A DNA stretch of 64,000 bases from an uncultured Gemmatimonadales bacterium. Lineage in GTDB: Bacteria; Gemmatimonadota; Gemmatimonadetes; Longimicrobiales; RSA9. The notes beneath the pieces are model-generated. The model did not search any database, was not told where the DNA came from, and saw nothing but the letters and a program-made list of their open reading frames with translations. The stretch covers positions 1,760,001 to 1,824,000 of the forward strand of contig CAWCRS010000007.1 in NCBI GenBank assembly GCA_963798085.1, given 5' to 3'. A program made the translations under genes and the position numbers. Of the stretch, positions 49,130-59,152 are shown in pieces (within the stretch, counting starts at the first letter, position 1; every line of letters starts with the position of its first letter).

Positions 49130-51998
49130 GGGAAACTGATCTCGATGCCCAGGCGCAAAGCCCGCGGCTCGCCGAAGTAGAGCGATGGATCGAAGCGGTC
49201 GAGTACGGCGGCCAGGCGGGCGGTGTCGAATTCCTGCGGTGTGACCTGGCCATCGCCATTCAGGTCAATGGCGCGTGCGTAGAGTGGCGACTCCGCGGGG
49301 ATCGGTGCGGCGGGTCGAGCTACGCTGCCGGCCAGCTGCGTGATGGTGGCGAGCGAGGGCGCCAGACGGCCGCTATCGCGGCGCAGCGCCAACACGTTAT
49401 TACGGCCGAGCAGATTGCGGCCATCGGCCACGATCCGCCACGCACACTGCGCGCAGCCCGGTGCGTGGCCGAGGTCCAGACTCAGGCGCAGGTCAGTGCT
49501 CGAATGTCCACGGCAGGTACGCCCCCTTGCCCGGGACGACGGTGTCGCCGGCGGCGGCCAGGCGGTCGAGCGGATAGCCGCTTTGCGTGGTGGATGTCAA
49601 TGCTGCGGACCAGCGGCTGCGCGCGTGGCCCGCGGCCTGACCCAGCAGGATCGCCACATCAATGGCGTGCCGCTGGTCGAACGCGAGTGGCAGCTCGACG
49701 ACACTGCGCTGTCCGCTGATCAGCGTGTCGCTATCAATGCCGGAGGCTACGCCCGTCGCTTTCTGCAGTGACCAGCCCGCACGCGCGGACACCAGCGTCC
49801 ACTGCGCGCGCACGGACAGCTCCAGGCCTTTCACCGTACCGAAGTCATTCGTGCTGTACTGCGGATTGCCGCTGGAGCCCAGCTGCAGGCCACCGCTCGC
49901 CAGGTCGCGCAGTTCCTTGCGGAACGCGGTGAGCGAAGCGCCCACGTGCTCACCGAGCAGCTGACTGACGCCCACTTCGTACGAGCGTCCCCGCTCGAAG
50001 GATAACTCGGGATTACCCTGACGCTGGATGGCGGTGCGCAGTGAGTCGCCGATCGTGGTGTCGAGGAAGTAGCGGAAATCCGGCGGCTGCGCCACCCAGC
50101 CGTAGTTGAAGCGCAGTGCGCTGCGACCCTGCGTTCCGGGCAGTGGCAGCGCCACGCCAATGCGCGGCATGGCCGCCACCTGCCAGCCCGCTTCCAGCGC
50201 GGGCGCCAGGAAGTCGTTGCGGTCCCGCCGGAACTGCACGCCTGAGCGGAACGCTTCGACGCGCACGCCCGCGGTGAGGTTCAGCTCGTCATCGCCGGCC
50301 AGTCGCGCATCGACGAAACCGGCCAGCGTCGCCGGATAGAAGCGTGCATAGGATGGCGAGGAGCCGGCGAGCCAGGCCTGGGTACGCTCGTAGGTCTCGA
50401 TACTGTACAGGCGGAAACTGGCGCCCGTGCGCAGCATGCCGCCGCGCGCGGAGATCAGCTCGGCCGTCAGGTCGCCGGACAGGGCATCGGAATGCGTCCA
50501 GTTGGCAACGTCCGGCGTGCCGTTCGAGAAGAAGAGACCCTCGCCTGCGGCGCCAAAGGGCGACGTCGTGCCGCCGGGCGAAGCATAGCCGGGCACGGCG
50601 CTGCCGCTCGCCAGCTGATCCTCGATGGGGCTGCGCACGAACGATTCGCCGAGGAAGCGGAAATTGCTGGCGCCGAAGCCAGCGATCGTGCTGCGCTGTT
50701 CGCTGGAGGCATCGAGCGCGCCCAGGTAGCGGTCCAGACGCATGAGCGCGAGCTTCGCCGACAGGTGACGGGCGCGGCCCTCCGTGTTGTGCACGACATC
50801 GAGGCCGGCACTGAGCAGCGTGCCCGTCGAGCGCTGGCCCAGCTGCGAGCCGTTGCTGTAGCGGAACTCCGGCGTGTAAAGCTCGCGTTGCTGCCGGTTG
50901 TGCAGAGCGGAGAACGTGAAGTTGCCGCCCAGCAGCGGCGCATCGAAGCGGGCAAACCCGATCAACTTGTCGCCCTGCTGGTGCGGCAGCGTGTTGCCGG
51001 ACCAGGGACAGTGCAGTGACGGCGCATCGCGGATGATGCGCTGGATCAGCGCGCCCACGGCGCTGTCTGCATCCTGCGGCTCGAGGCAGGTCAGACCACG
51101 TGCGCGCGGATCGGCGTCGCCCATGCCCTGCGCCAGTGCGTTCAGGTACAACGTGGCGGGACCGAGGAAGCGGAGCGGGCCGCCGCCGCTGAGCGAGAGT
51201 CCCGTGAAGCCGCGAAACACGTTGTCAGGCGCCCACTGGTCGGTCAGCAGCGACGCCCGCCCGTCCCAGCGCTCGCTGCTGCCCCGTCGCGTGACGTACG
51301 AAACCACGCCGGAGAGCGCCGAACCATAGCTGGCGGACATGCCGCCGGTGATGACCTCGACTTCTTCGAGCGCGTCCGGAGGAGGCTCGAGGCCGAGTCC
51401 GTGCGCCGAGGCTTCCAGCTGGTTCTTCACCTCCAGTCCGTCGACGACGTAGACTTCCTGTCCGACCCTGCCGCCGCGAAAATGCCCGCCCGACACGCCC
51501 GGTGTCAGCTCCACGACCTGGTCGAATGCGATCCACAGGCAGTGCGCGGACTTCACGTCCCACCACGATCTCGCGCGTGACGCTGACATCCTTCTCGATC
51601 AGCCGCACGCGGTCCGCCTCGACCGTCACGCCACCGACTTCGACCGGCTGTGGCTCCAGCTCGATGCGGACGGACGTACTGCGCGCGAGTGACACAACGA
51701 CGTTCTCGACGACCACCGGCCGGAACCCCAGCTGCTCCACGCGCAGCGCGCGCTCGCCGGGTGGCACGTTGGCCAGCACGAAGCGTCCCGAGGTATCCGT
51801 CACCGCAGTGAGCGACAGGCCCACGAGGGTGACCGTCGCGCCCACGACCGGCGTGCCCTCCCTGGCCACGACCACGCGGCCAAGCACACTGCCCGCCGTC
51901 TGCGCCGCCGTGCTTCGAGGCAGCGCCAGCAGGAGCAGCAGCAGGCAGCAGCGAATGAAGGACGGCAGAGGACCCGGCAGCGGCGTCGCCTCGAACAT
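49126..51998 (-). CDS. TonB-dependent receptor with N-terminal carboxypeptidase-regulatory-like domain; two +1 frameshifts (near 51525 and 49503)
   Basis: Signal peptide, TD..GRF.L..VPPG; plug LTPGV...FRGGR..Q..YVVDG, GGMSA.YG.A.SGVV; GNP.L..E; C-terminal PR.LRLGIEISF. Removing 2 bases gives 956 aa. Confidence 0.88.
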
Positions 51999-52048
51999 GC
52001 TGTTAGTCGGTGCCGGGGAGCGGTGCCGGCGGCGGGCGCGCATGGCGG

Positions 52049-52654
52049 CTAGCGGGACACGCTGGGCTCGGAACGGACATGGAAGCGGAGCGGCCAGTCG
52101 CGGGCGCGGGTCACGCCAATACGCGGGCCTACCGCGACCGCCGCATCCGGCAGGTCGGGCGCATCCGCGATCAGCAGTGGTGGCCGGCTCAACGTGTGGC
52201 CATCGAGCGCGCGCGTCACGCCCAGCGCACGGGCCAGGTTGCCCGGGCCGCGGCCGAGCGAAGCCACGTCCCTGCTGCGGGCAGCGCCACGCCGCGCGAT
52301 CATGGTGTCGATGCCGCTGACGGGCGCGATGGCGCGCAGCAGCACGGCGCCGGGAAAGCCGACACGGTCGGTGACGACGTTCAGGCACCAGTGGACGCCG
52401 TAAATGAGGTAGACGTAGGCGGTGCCGGGCGGGCCGAACATGGTGGCATTGCGGGCAGTCCTGCCAATGCGCGCGGCGGCGTGCGACGCGTCGTCGGCAG
52501 GGCCCAGATAGGCTTCGGTTTCCACGATGCGACCGCTGGTCTCGACGCCATCAATCGTCGAGACCAGCTGCTTGCCGAGGAGGGCACGCGCCACCGCAGG
52601 CGAGGGGCGCGCGAAGAAGGCGCGGCGCAGGGTCTTGTACTGCGTGGCCCTCAC
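52049..52654 (-). CDS. mpg: 3-methyladenine DNA glycosylase (AAG/MPG family)
   Basis: GRIVETEAYLG..D.ASHA, YVYLIYG.HWCLNVV, AVLLRA, GPG.L, GPRIG. Confidence 0.95.
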   Translation of the reverse strand: MRATQYKTLRRAFFARPSPAVARALLGKQLVSTIDGVETSGRIVETEAYLGPADDASHAAARIGRTARNATMFGPPGTAYVYLIYGVHWCLNVVTDRVGFPGAVLLRAIAPVSGIDTMIARRGAARSRDVASLGRGPGNLARALGVTRALDGHTLSRPPLLIADAPDLPDAAVAVGPRIGVTRARDWPLRFHVRSEPSVSR

Positions 52655-54804
52655 GCGCTGTTAGCGGGCGCCCGCTTCCTGCCCCGTCCGCCGCGGCGCC
52701 GTCCACCCCGCCGTCCGCGACCCGGCCCGCGCTCGGCGCCTTCGCCGTTCACAAAGGGCTCGTCATCCGTCAACGCGTTCGCGCCGGGCGGCAGCGTTGC
52801 TTCCACGGCCACCGCGCGCGCCGCCGATTCGGCGCGCCAGCCTTCGATCAGCAGATCGCCACGCTTGGCCCCGAGGATCTCGCGGACACGCTCGGGTGCG
52901 CCGTGCAGCGTCGCGAATACGCGGTCCGCACCCAGCGCATCAACCAGGGACTCGGCCGTCTTGCGACCAATGCCGTGATAGGAGCTGAGGCGAGTGATGA
53001 CGGCCTCGCGATCGGGCGGCGCCGCAGTCGTCGGGCGTGGCCCGGGCGTCGGCGCCGTAGGAGATGCTGCTGCGGACGGCGCTGTTGCAGCGGGTGGTGG
53101 AACCGGTCGGGCGGGCGTCTCCTGACGCACAGGAATGACCTGACCCGCAAGCAGCGGCGGCGTCTCATCGGGGCGACGCCCGCGCGAGCCTCGCCGTGCG
53201 CCGATGGAAGGCGGTGGTGCGGCGGCCGGCCTGGCTGCCGGTGTGGCTGCAGCCGCTGCCGGACCTGCAACCGCGGGTGATGCGGCAGCCGCAACCGCAG
53301 GTGAAGCGGTTGAAGGTGCGGTCTGGGGCGGTGTCACTGGTGCTGCAGGCGTCACAGCTGCCGGCATCGCCGGCACCTGTGCTGGCGCTGGTGCTTCGCG
53401 CGCACTCTCCATCGCGGGCGCGCGCTCATCGTGCTCACGACGTGCGCCGCCACGTTCGCGACGCTCGCCTCGCCGGCCGCGCTCTCGGCGCCGGCCATCA
53501 TCGCGCGCTTCGGCGGCAACAGGCTGTTCTTCTGTCTCTTCCATGATACCGCCGGGCGCACTGCCGGCCGCAGCGACTTCGTAATTGCCGTTGTCCACCT
53601 TGCGCAGATTGATGACCTCGGCATCATGCGCCTGGCGCAGGAAGCGACTGAACTTGCTGAAGCCGAGCTGCGACTCATCCCATTCCGGTTCGAGGTCGCG
53701 CATGCGGCGTTTCACATCGGAATCGCGCACGGCCCGCTCGCCGACGGCGCCCAGATCCGTGGTGGCGCGGCGCAGCAGATCGTACGCGGCACGCAGCTCA
53801 TCGGCGCCGCCCTCGGCTTTCGCGGCGCGTTCACTCGCCGCCGCGGTCTGTCGCCGCGGCTCCGCCGGCGCTTCGCGTGCGGCCTCGGCGACAGGCGGCG
53901 CGGCGCGCTCGGCGCGCTCGGCGCGTTCCACGGGCGCTTCCACGTCCATGTCGCGACCCCGCCGACCGCGGCGGCCGCGTTCGGGGCGCGGTTCACGCTC
54001 ACTGCGGGGCGCGGGCCCATCGCCAGGCGAACCGGCCAGCGCAATCTCGAACTGCCCGTTCTCCAGCTTGTGCAGGTTGATCACGCCGCGATTCGCGGCC
54101 TCGGCGACGAAGCGATTGAACTTGGAGAAGCCCATCGTCTTTTCGTCGAAGTTGGCATCGAGATCGAGCAGCACCTGCTTGAGGCGGTCGGAGCGCATGA
54201 CATCATTATTCGCGACCATCTGCGCCACGGCGACCTCGACCAGCTCCCACGGATCCGCGGTCGGCGCCTGACCATCCTCGCCGGCACGCGTGAGTCCGGT
54301 GAGTGCAGAGTAGGAGTAATACTCGTCGCAGTTCTGCACGAGCAGATCGGATGCCGACTCGCGAATGCCCACGCCCACGACGTACTTGCCGTACTCCTTC
54401 AGCTTGAGCACGAGGCTGCTGAAGTCGGAATCGCCGGAGAGCAGAATGAAGGTCCCGATCTCGGGTCGCGTGAACACCAGCTCGAGCGCATCGATGGAGA
54501 GACGAATGTCCGTCGCGTTCTTCTTCGAGCTGCCGTAGGCAGGCGCGAAGATGAGATCGACCGATGCTTCGGCGAGGGGCACGACGTACTGCGGATAGCG
54601 ACGCCAGTCGGCATAGGCGCGCTGCACAGCCACCTTGCCCTTGATGATGTCGCTGTTGAGGAGATTCTTCAGCTCCTTCGTGATATCGCTGCGTATGCCC
54701 ATCGTGACGTTGTCGAAATCGATGAGGAGCGCAGCGTGGGGAGCGGTAATGGGTGGGCCTGCGGGTTTGGCCTGGTGCGGCGCCCGCGCGAATTGTGCGA
54801 TCAT
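52651..54804 (-). CDS. NYN (LabA/DUF88) ribonuclease-fold protein with two LOTUS/OST-HTH domains, a low-complexity linker and a C-terminal HhH
   Basis: IDFDN, AYADW, KNATDI.L.IDAL, SGDSDF; FDEKTMGFSKF and WDESQLGFSKF; GIGRKTAESLVDALG. Confidence 0.9.
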   Translation of the reverse strand: MIAQFARAPHQAKPAGPPITAPHAALLIDFDNVTMGIRSDITKELKNLLNSDIIKGKVAVQRAYADWRRYPQYVVPLAEASVDLIFAPAYGSSKKNATDIRLSIDALELVFTRPEIGTFILLSGDSDFSSLVLKLKEYGKYVVGVGIRESASDLLVQNCDEYYSYSALTGLTRAGEDGQAPTADPWELVEVAVAQMVANNDVMRSDRLKQVLLDLDANFDEKTMGFSKFNRFVAEAANRGVINLHKLENGQFEIALAGSPGDGPAPRSEREPRPERGRRGRRGRDMDVEAPVERAERAERAAPPVAEAAREAPAEPRRQTAAASERAAKAEGGADELRAAYDLLRRATTDLGAVGERAVRDSDVKRRMRDLEPEWDESQLGFSKFSRFLRQAHDAEVINLRKVDNGNYEVAAAGSAPGGIMEETEEQPVAAEARDDGRRRERGRRGERRERGGARREHDERAPAMESAREAPAPAQVPAMPAAVTPAAPVTPPQTAPSTASPAVAAAASPAVAGPAAAAATPAARPAAAPPPSIGARRGSRGRRPDETPPLLAGQVIPVRQETPARPVPPPAATAPSAAASPTAPTPGPRPTTAAPPDREAVITRLSSYHGIGRKTAESLVDALGADRVFATLHGAPERVREILGAKRGDLLIEGWRAESAARAVAVEATLPPGANALTDDEPFVNGEGAERGPGRGRRGGRRRGGRGRKRAPANSA

Positions 54805-55006
54805 TTGCCTTGCTGTAAACCCTTTCTGGCGGGCGAAACCCCCTCCTCTCTTCGCTCACCCCCGCGGCTCGCTCCGGCGGGCGTTGCCCGGCGATGCGAC
54901 CTGAGCGGCTGGGTGGTCTGCCGCTTCGCGCTGCAACCGTTGCCTCGAGGCGGACGGTGCACGAACCGCGGCAGGCGCGAGACGAGTGAGGGAGTCTCGC
55001 TGTGAT

Positions 55007-56608
55007 TCAGGTCCGGCGACTCGATTCCTCGGCGCTGACCATGCGCGCCAGTTCGATTCGCCGGATCTTCCCGCTCCCCGTGAGCGGGAAAGCATCAAAG
55101 AAGCGGACCAGGTCCGGGACCTTGTAGTCCGCGAGAGCGCCACGGCACCAGTCCTTGATCTCTTCACCTGTGATGATGGCGCCTTCAACGGGCATGATGC
55201 AGGCGCACACGCGCTCGCCCAGCACGTCGTCGGGCACCCCTACCACCACGGCTTCCAGAACGGCCGGGTGCGCCTGCAACCGGTCTTCGACTTCGCGCGG
55301 ATACACATTGAATCCGCCACGAATGATCAGTTCCTTGCGGCGGCCGACGATGTGCACGTAGCCATCTTCGTCGACCATGCCCAGGTCGCCGGTCAGGAAG
55401 AAGCCGTCGCTGTCGAACGCGTGCGAGGTTTCGCCCGGCTGCCGGTAATACCCCTTCATGACGCTGGGCCCGCGCACCGCGAGTTCGCCCAGGCTCTCTT
55501 CCGGCAACACCGTGCCATCCAGATCGAGGGTGCGCAGCTCCGTGCCCGGGAATGGCCGGCCCACGGTGAAGAACTGCTTCTCGAGCGGATCGTCGGGCCG
55601 CGTCATGGCGATGGCGGATGCCGTCTCGGTCAGCGAATAGGCGACGCACAGGTTGGGGCAGAAATCCTGACGGATGCGGCGCACCAGATCATCACTGATG
55701 GGGGCACCGGCGACAATGCCGGCTCGAAGCGAACTCAGATCGCGGCGGGAACGTCCTGCTTCACGGATCTCGGTCACATACGCCGTGGGAACTCCATAAT
55801 GCACGGTTACCCGATGCCGCTCGATCAGTTCCAGCGCCTCGGCCGGATCATGCTGTTCCTGGAGCACCAGCGAAGCGCCGGCCATCATGGTGCCGAGGAT
55901 GCCGGGACCCAGGCCGAAAACATGGAAGACCGTGGCAATGCCGAAGACCACATCGTCCGCCGTCAGGCTGATGCTGTCGACGGTCGCGGCGGCGGCGCGC
56001 AGAACGTTGCCGTGTGTCAGCTCGACGCCTTTCGGCTTGCCGGTCGTGCCCGACGTGTAGAGAATCGCGAACACGTCGTTTGCCGGATCGATCACGGGCT
56101 CGGGCAGTTCCCGGCCTTCGCCACTCGAGAGCAGGTCCTCGAACTGATAGATGCGGTCGTCGTACCAGAGGTCCTCTTCGCCCACGGTCACCACGTACTG
56201 CAGGTCGGGCAGCGAAGCGAGCAGTCCCTCGAAGAGCTGGAGATAGTCAATGCCGCCGAAATTCTCCGCGCTGATGACTACCGCGGCTTCGGAATGGCGC
56301 AGCATGTACTGCAGCTCGGGCACGGTGTAGCGCGGATTGAGCGGCACCATGATCGCGCCCAGGCGGGCGGCCGCAAACATCGAGAGGATGAACTCGGGCC
56401 AGTTGGGCAGGTCGATCGCGATGCGGTCGCCTTTGCCGATGCCCAGCTCGTGCAGCGCGGCCGCCAGCGCACCCGCCTTCTGGTCCAGCTGCGCGTACGT
56501 CAGGCGCCGATCGCCGAACATCAGGAAGGTGCGGTCGTGGCATTCCACGCCCATGCGACGCACGACGTCAGCGACGGACTGCCCGGCCATGCGCGTGCTC
56601 AGCGTCAT
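55007..56608 (-). CDS. Long-chain acyl-CoA ligase (ANL adenylate-forming family)
   Basis: [43 protein letters not shown]. Confidence 0.92.
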   Translation of the reverse strand: MTLSTRMAGQSVADVVRRMGVECHDRTFLMFGDRRLTYAQLDQKAGALAAALHELGIGKGDRIAIDLPNWPEFILSMFAAARLGAIMVPLNPRYTVPELQYMLRHSEAAVVISAENFGGIDYLQLFEGLLASLPDLQYVVTVGEEDLWYDDRIYQFEDLLSSGEGRELPEPVIDPANDVFAILYTSGTTGKPKGVELTHGNVLRAAAATVDSISLTADDVVFGIATVFHVFGLGPGILGTMMAGASLVLQEQHDPAEALELIERHRVTVHYGVPTAYVTEIREAGRSRRDLSSLRAGIVAGAPISDDLVRRIRQDFCPNLCVAYSLTETASAIAMTRPDDPLEKQFFTVGRPFPGTELRTLDLDGTVLPEESLGELAVRGPSVMKGYYRQPGETSHAFDSDGFFLTGDLGMVDEDGYVHIVGRRKELIIRGGFNVYPREVEDRLQAHPAVLEAVVVGVPDDVLGERVCACIMPVEGAIITGEEIKDWCRGALADYKVPDLVRFFDAFPLTGSGKIRRIELARMVSAEESSRRT

Positions 56609-56686
56609 TCGGCCCGTTGCTCTCCCTTCGTGGTCGCGGTCGGCTCGGTTTCCGGCGGGCAGGGCGCCGCCGCGCACGTCGTCGCC

Positions 56687-56715
56687 AAGATAGTCGCCCC
56701 CCTGCGACCCGTCAA
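56687..56715 (-). promoter_or_regulatory. Putative sigma70 promoter TTGACG-N17-TATCTT for the acyl-CoA ligase
   Basis: Minus-strand hexamers at 56715-56710 and 56692-56687; GAAGGGAG Shine-Dalgarno downstream. Confidence 0.6.
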
Positions 56716-56727
56716 AGCTCCACGCCG

Positions 56728-57882
56728 CTATCGCGCCATGCCCGGCGCGTCGTTCTCCAGCGCCGCACGGAGTGCTTCAGGCGACGCTTCGAACGTCCAC
56801 TCGCCGGCGCGACTCTGCGCCGCCCGGCCGGGCTCGGCCAGCAGCGCGTAGCGCACGCGTGACGCGCGTCCTTTCTTGTCCGTGCGCGTGGCGGCAATGA
56901 GCACGTCCGCGTGCACGCCGTCCGGCAGTTCGACGGGCAGACCGCATCGCTGCAGCAGCACGCGCACCAGTGCCGCCGTGCCGGGACGGGTCACACCGAG
57001 CGACTCGCCCAGCCGGCTCTCTGCCACCATACCGATGGCAACGGCGAATCCGTGCGGTACGGCAAAGTCCGTGACGCGCTCCAGCGCGTGCGCGATCGTG
57101 TGACCGAAGTTCAGCGTGGCGCGGGCGCCGGTCTCCAGCGTATCGAGGGCGACAATGCCCGCCTTGATCTCGACGGAGCGTCGAATCAGCTGCGTGAGCG
57201 CGGACTCATCGTGCTGGCGGATGGCACCCGCGCGCTGCTCCAGCCACGCGACGTCGGCCTCGCCAGCGAGCAGCGCGTGCTTCACCGCTTCGGCGAGGCC
57301 GGCGCGGAAGTGATCGTCCGGCAGCGAGCGCAACGTCTCCGGATCCATCACCACGAGTCGAGGCTGACGGAACGCGCCCACCAGGTTCTTTCCCGCCGGC
57401 ACATCGACGGCCGTCTTGCCACCGACCGATGCATCGATCATGGCGAGCAGCGAGGTTGGCACCTGCACACAGGGCACGCCGCGCAGGTATGTGGCGGCAA
57501 CGAAGCCGGCCAGATCGCCGGTGACGCCGCCGCCCAGCGCGACGATGCAGCAGTCCCGGCCGAAGCCGCGATCCAGCAGCTCGTCCGTGAGCTTCGCCCA
57601 GGTGCCCCGCGTCTTGCTCGCCTCGCCGGCGGGAAACTCGAACACTTCGCTAGGAAGTCCGGCGGCACTCGCTGCCGTCGCCACCGGTCGTGCGTAGCGC
57701 GACGACACATGATCGTCCGCGATCAGGGCGTAGCGGTGTGCCGGGACGTGCGCACGCAACAGCTCGGGAAGACGGGCCAGCAGACCCGCGCCGATCAGCG
57801 CATCGTAGGGTCCGCCGGTTTCCGCAGCGGCCGCCACACGAACGCGAAGCGGTGCACTGGATGCCGAGTCGCCGGAGTGCAT
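56728..57882 (-). CDS. aroB: 3-dehydroquinate synthase
   Basis: GEASK, LGGGVTGDLAGFVAATYLRG, PTSLLAMIDASVGGKT, LNFGHTIAHALE, HG.AVAIGM, DKK. Confidence 0.96.
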   Translation of the reverse strand: MHSGDSASSAPLRVRVAAAAETGGPYDALIGAGLLARLPELLRAHVPAHRYALIADDHVSSRYARPVATAASAAGLPSEVFEFPAGEASKTRGTWAKLTDELLDRGFGRDCCIVALGGGVTGDLAGFVAATYLRGVPCVQVPTSLLAMIDASVGGKTAVDVPAGKNLVGAFRQPRLVVMDPETLRSLPDDHFRAGLAEAVKHALLAGEADVAWLEQRAGAIRQHDESALTQLIRRSVEIKAGIVALDTLETGARATLNFGHTIAHALERVTDFAVPHGFAVAIGMVAESRLGESLGVTRPGTAALVRVLLQRCGLPVELPDGVHADVLIAATRTDKKGRASRVRYALLAEPGRAAQSRAGEWTFEASPEALRAALENDAPGMAR

Positions 57883-58108
57883 GCCGCGGAAGGTATCCCC
57901 CGCGGCCCGCACGCAGCAACGAAACGCACACGACTCTCTTCCGTTCAGGTGGCAGCGTTGCTACCTTTCGTGCGCGCGAGCGCTGCGGCGTCGGCGTCGG
58001 CGAAAAGGGAGAAGCATCGACGTCCACGGTTGGATGTCGAACAGGTCGCGTTCTGCGAGGTCAGCGGGCGCGTTTTTTCATAGGGCACGCGAGGGCACGC
58101 AAGGAAAA

Positions 58109-59152
58109 ATGCGAATCGGCTTCGCGTTCAATCAGAAGCCACCGTCCGACAGCGAGTCTTCCGAGGAGCCTCCCAGTCCCGCTCCTGCCGGCAATGACCG
58201 GTACGCGGAGTGGGACGATCCAGAGACGATCGCTGCGGTCGAGAGCGCGCTGCGCTCTGCCGGTACGGTGATTCGTCTGGAAGCCGACACTTCGTTTCCC
58301 GCCCGCCTGCTCGAAACCAGGCCCGACATCGTCTTCAACATTGCCGAAGGTCTGAACGGACCGAGTCGCGAAGCGCACGTCCCCGCCATCTGCGAGTTCT
58401 TCGGCGTGCCGCACACGGCGAGCGGACCGCTCACGCTCTGCCTGGCGCTGGACAAGCGGCGCGCCAAGGAGATCTTCCGGGCGCACGACATTCCCACGCC
58501 ACGCTGGACGGTGCTGCACGGGCGCACGTCGCTGAACGGCGGCCCGCCGGGTGCCGGGCCCTGGATGGTGAAGCCGCTGTACGAGGGATCGAGCAAGGGC
58601 ATCTCGATTGCCTCGCTCTGCGAAACGCGGGCGGAAGTCAGCCAGCGTGCGGAAGCGGTGCTCGCAGAATACGCGCAGCCCGCGCTGGTCGAGGAATTCC
58701 TGTCCGGCCGCGAATTCACCGTGGGCGTACTGGGTAACGGCAGGGCAGCGCGCGCCCTGCCCATCGTCGAGATCCAGCTGGACGCATTGCCGGCCGGTGT
58801 GCCGCGCGTGTTCGGCTGGGAAGCGAAATGGCTCTGGGACACGCCCGGCTCGCAGCTCGACATATTCCGCTGTCCCGCCAATGTCGAGCCGGTTCTGGGC
58901 CGGGCCATTGCCGACACTGCGCTCGCTGCCTATCACGCGTTAGGCTGCCTCGACTGGGCGCGCATTGACCTGCGTCTCAATGCCGCCGGCCTGCCACACG
59001 TGCTCGAGGCGAATCCGCTGCCGGGCATTCTGCCGGACCTTGCGCAGCACTCCTGTCTGCCCGAGGCCGCGCACGCCGCCGGCCTGGCGTACGATCAGCT
59101 CATCCTCAGCGTGCTCGATTTCGCCCTCGAACGCTACGGTATGGCCCGATGA
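58109..59152 (+). CDS. D-Ala-D-Ala ligase-like ATP-grasp enzyme 1
   Basis: YAEWD, VFNIAEG..G.SRE, DK, VKP..EGSSKGI, EEFL.GREFTVG, ARID.R, LEANPLPG; Shine-Dalgarno AAGGA. Confidence 0.9.
   Translation: MRIGFAFNQKPPSDSESSEEPPSPAPAGNDRYAEWDDPETIAAVESALRSAGTVIRLEADTSFPARLLETRPDIVFNIAEGLNGPSREAHVPAICEFFGVPHTASGPLTLCLALDKRRAKEIFRAHDIPTPRWTVLHGRTSLNGGPPGAGPWMVKPLYEGSSKGISIASLCETRAEVSQRAEAVLAEYAQPALVEEFLSGREFTVGVLGNGRAARALPIVEIQLDALPAGVPRVFGWEAKWLWDTPGSQLDIFRCPANVEPVLGRAIADTALAAYHALGCLDWARIDLRLNAAGLPHVLEANPLPGILPDLAQHSCLPEAAHAAGLAYDQLILSVLDFALERYGMAR

Noticed and set aside
47859..51528. Programmed ribosomal frameshifting at CATTCGA
   Set aside because: It is not an X_XXY_YYZ slippery heptamer, it occurs in different codon phases, and the same sequence sits in intact genes (mfd, batA, surA). 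An artefact is more parsimonious.
53020..53400. Repeat-like low-complexity DNA
   Set aside because: It encodes the Pro/Ala-rich linker of the NYN protein and has no regular repeat-spacer structure.
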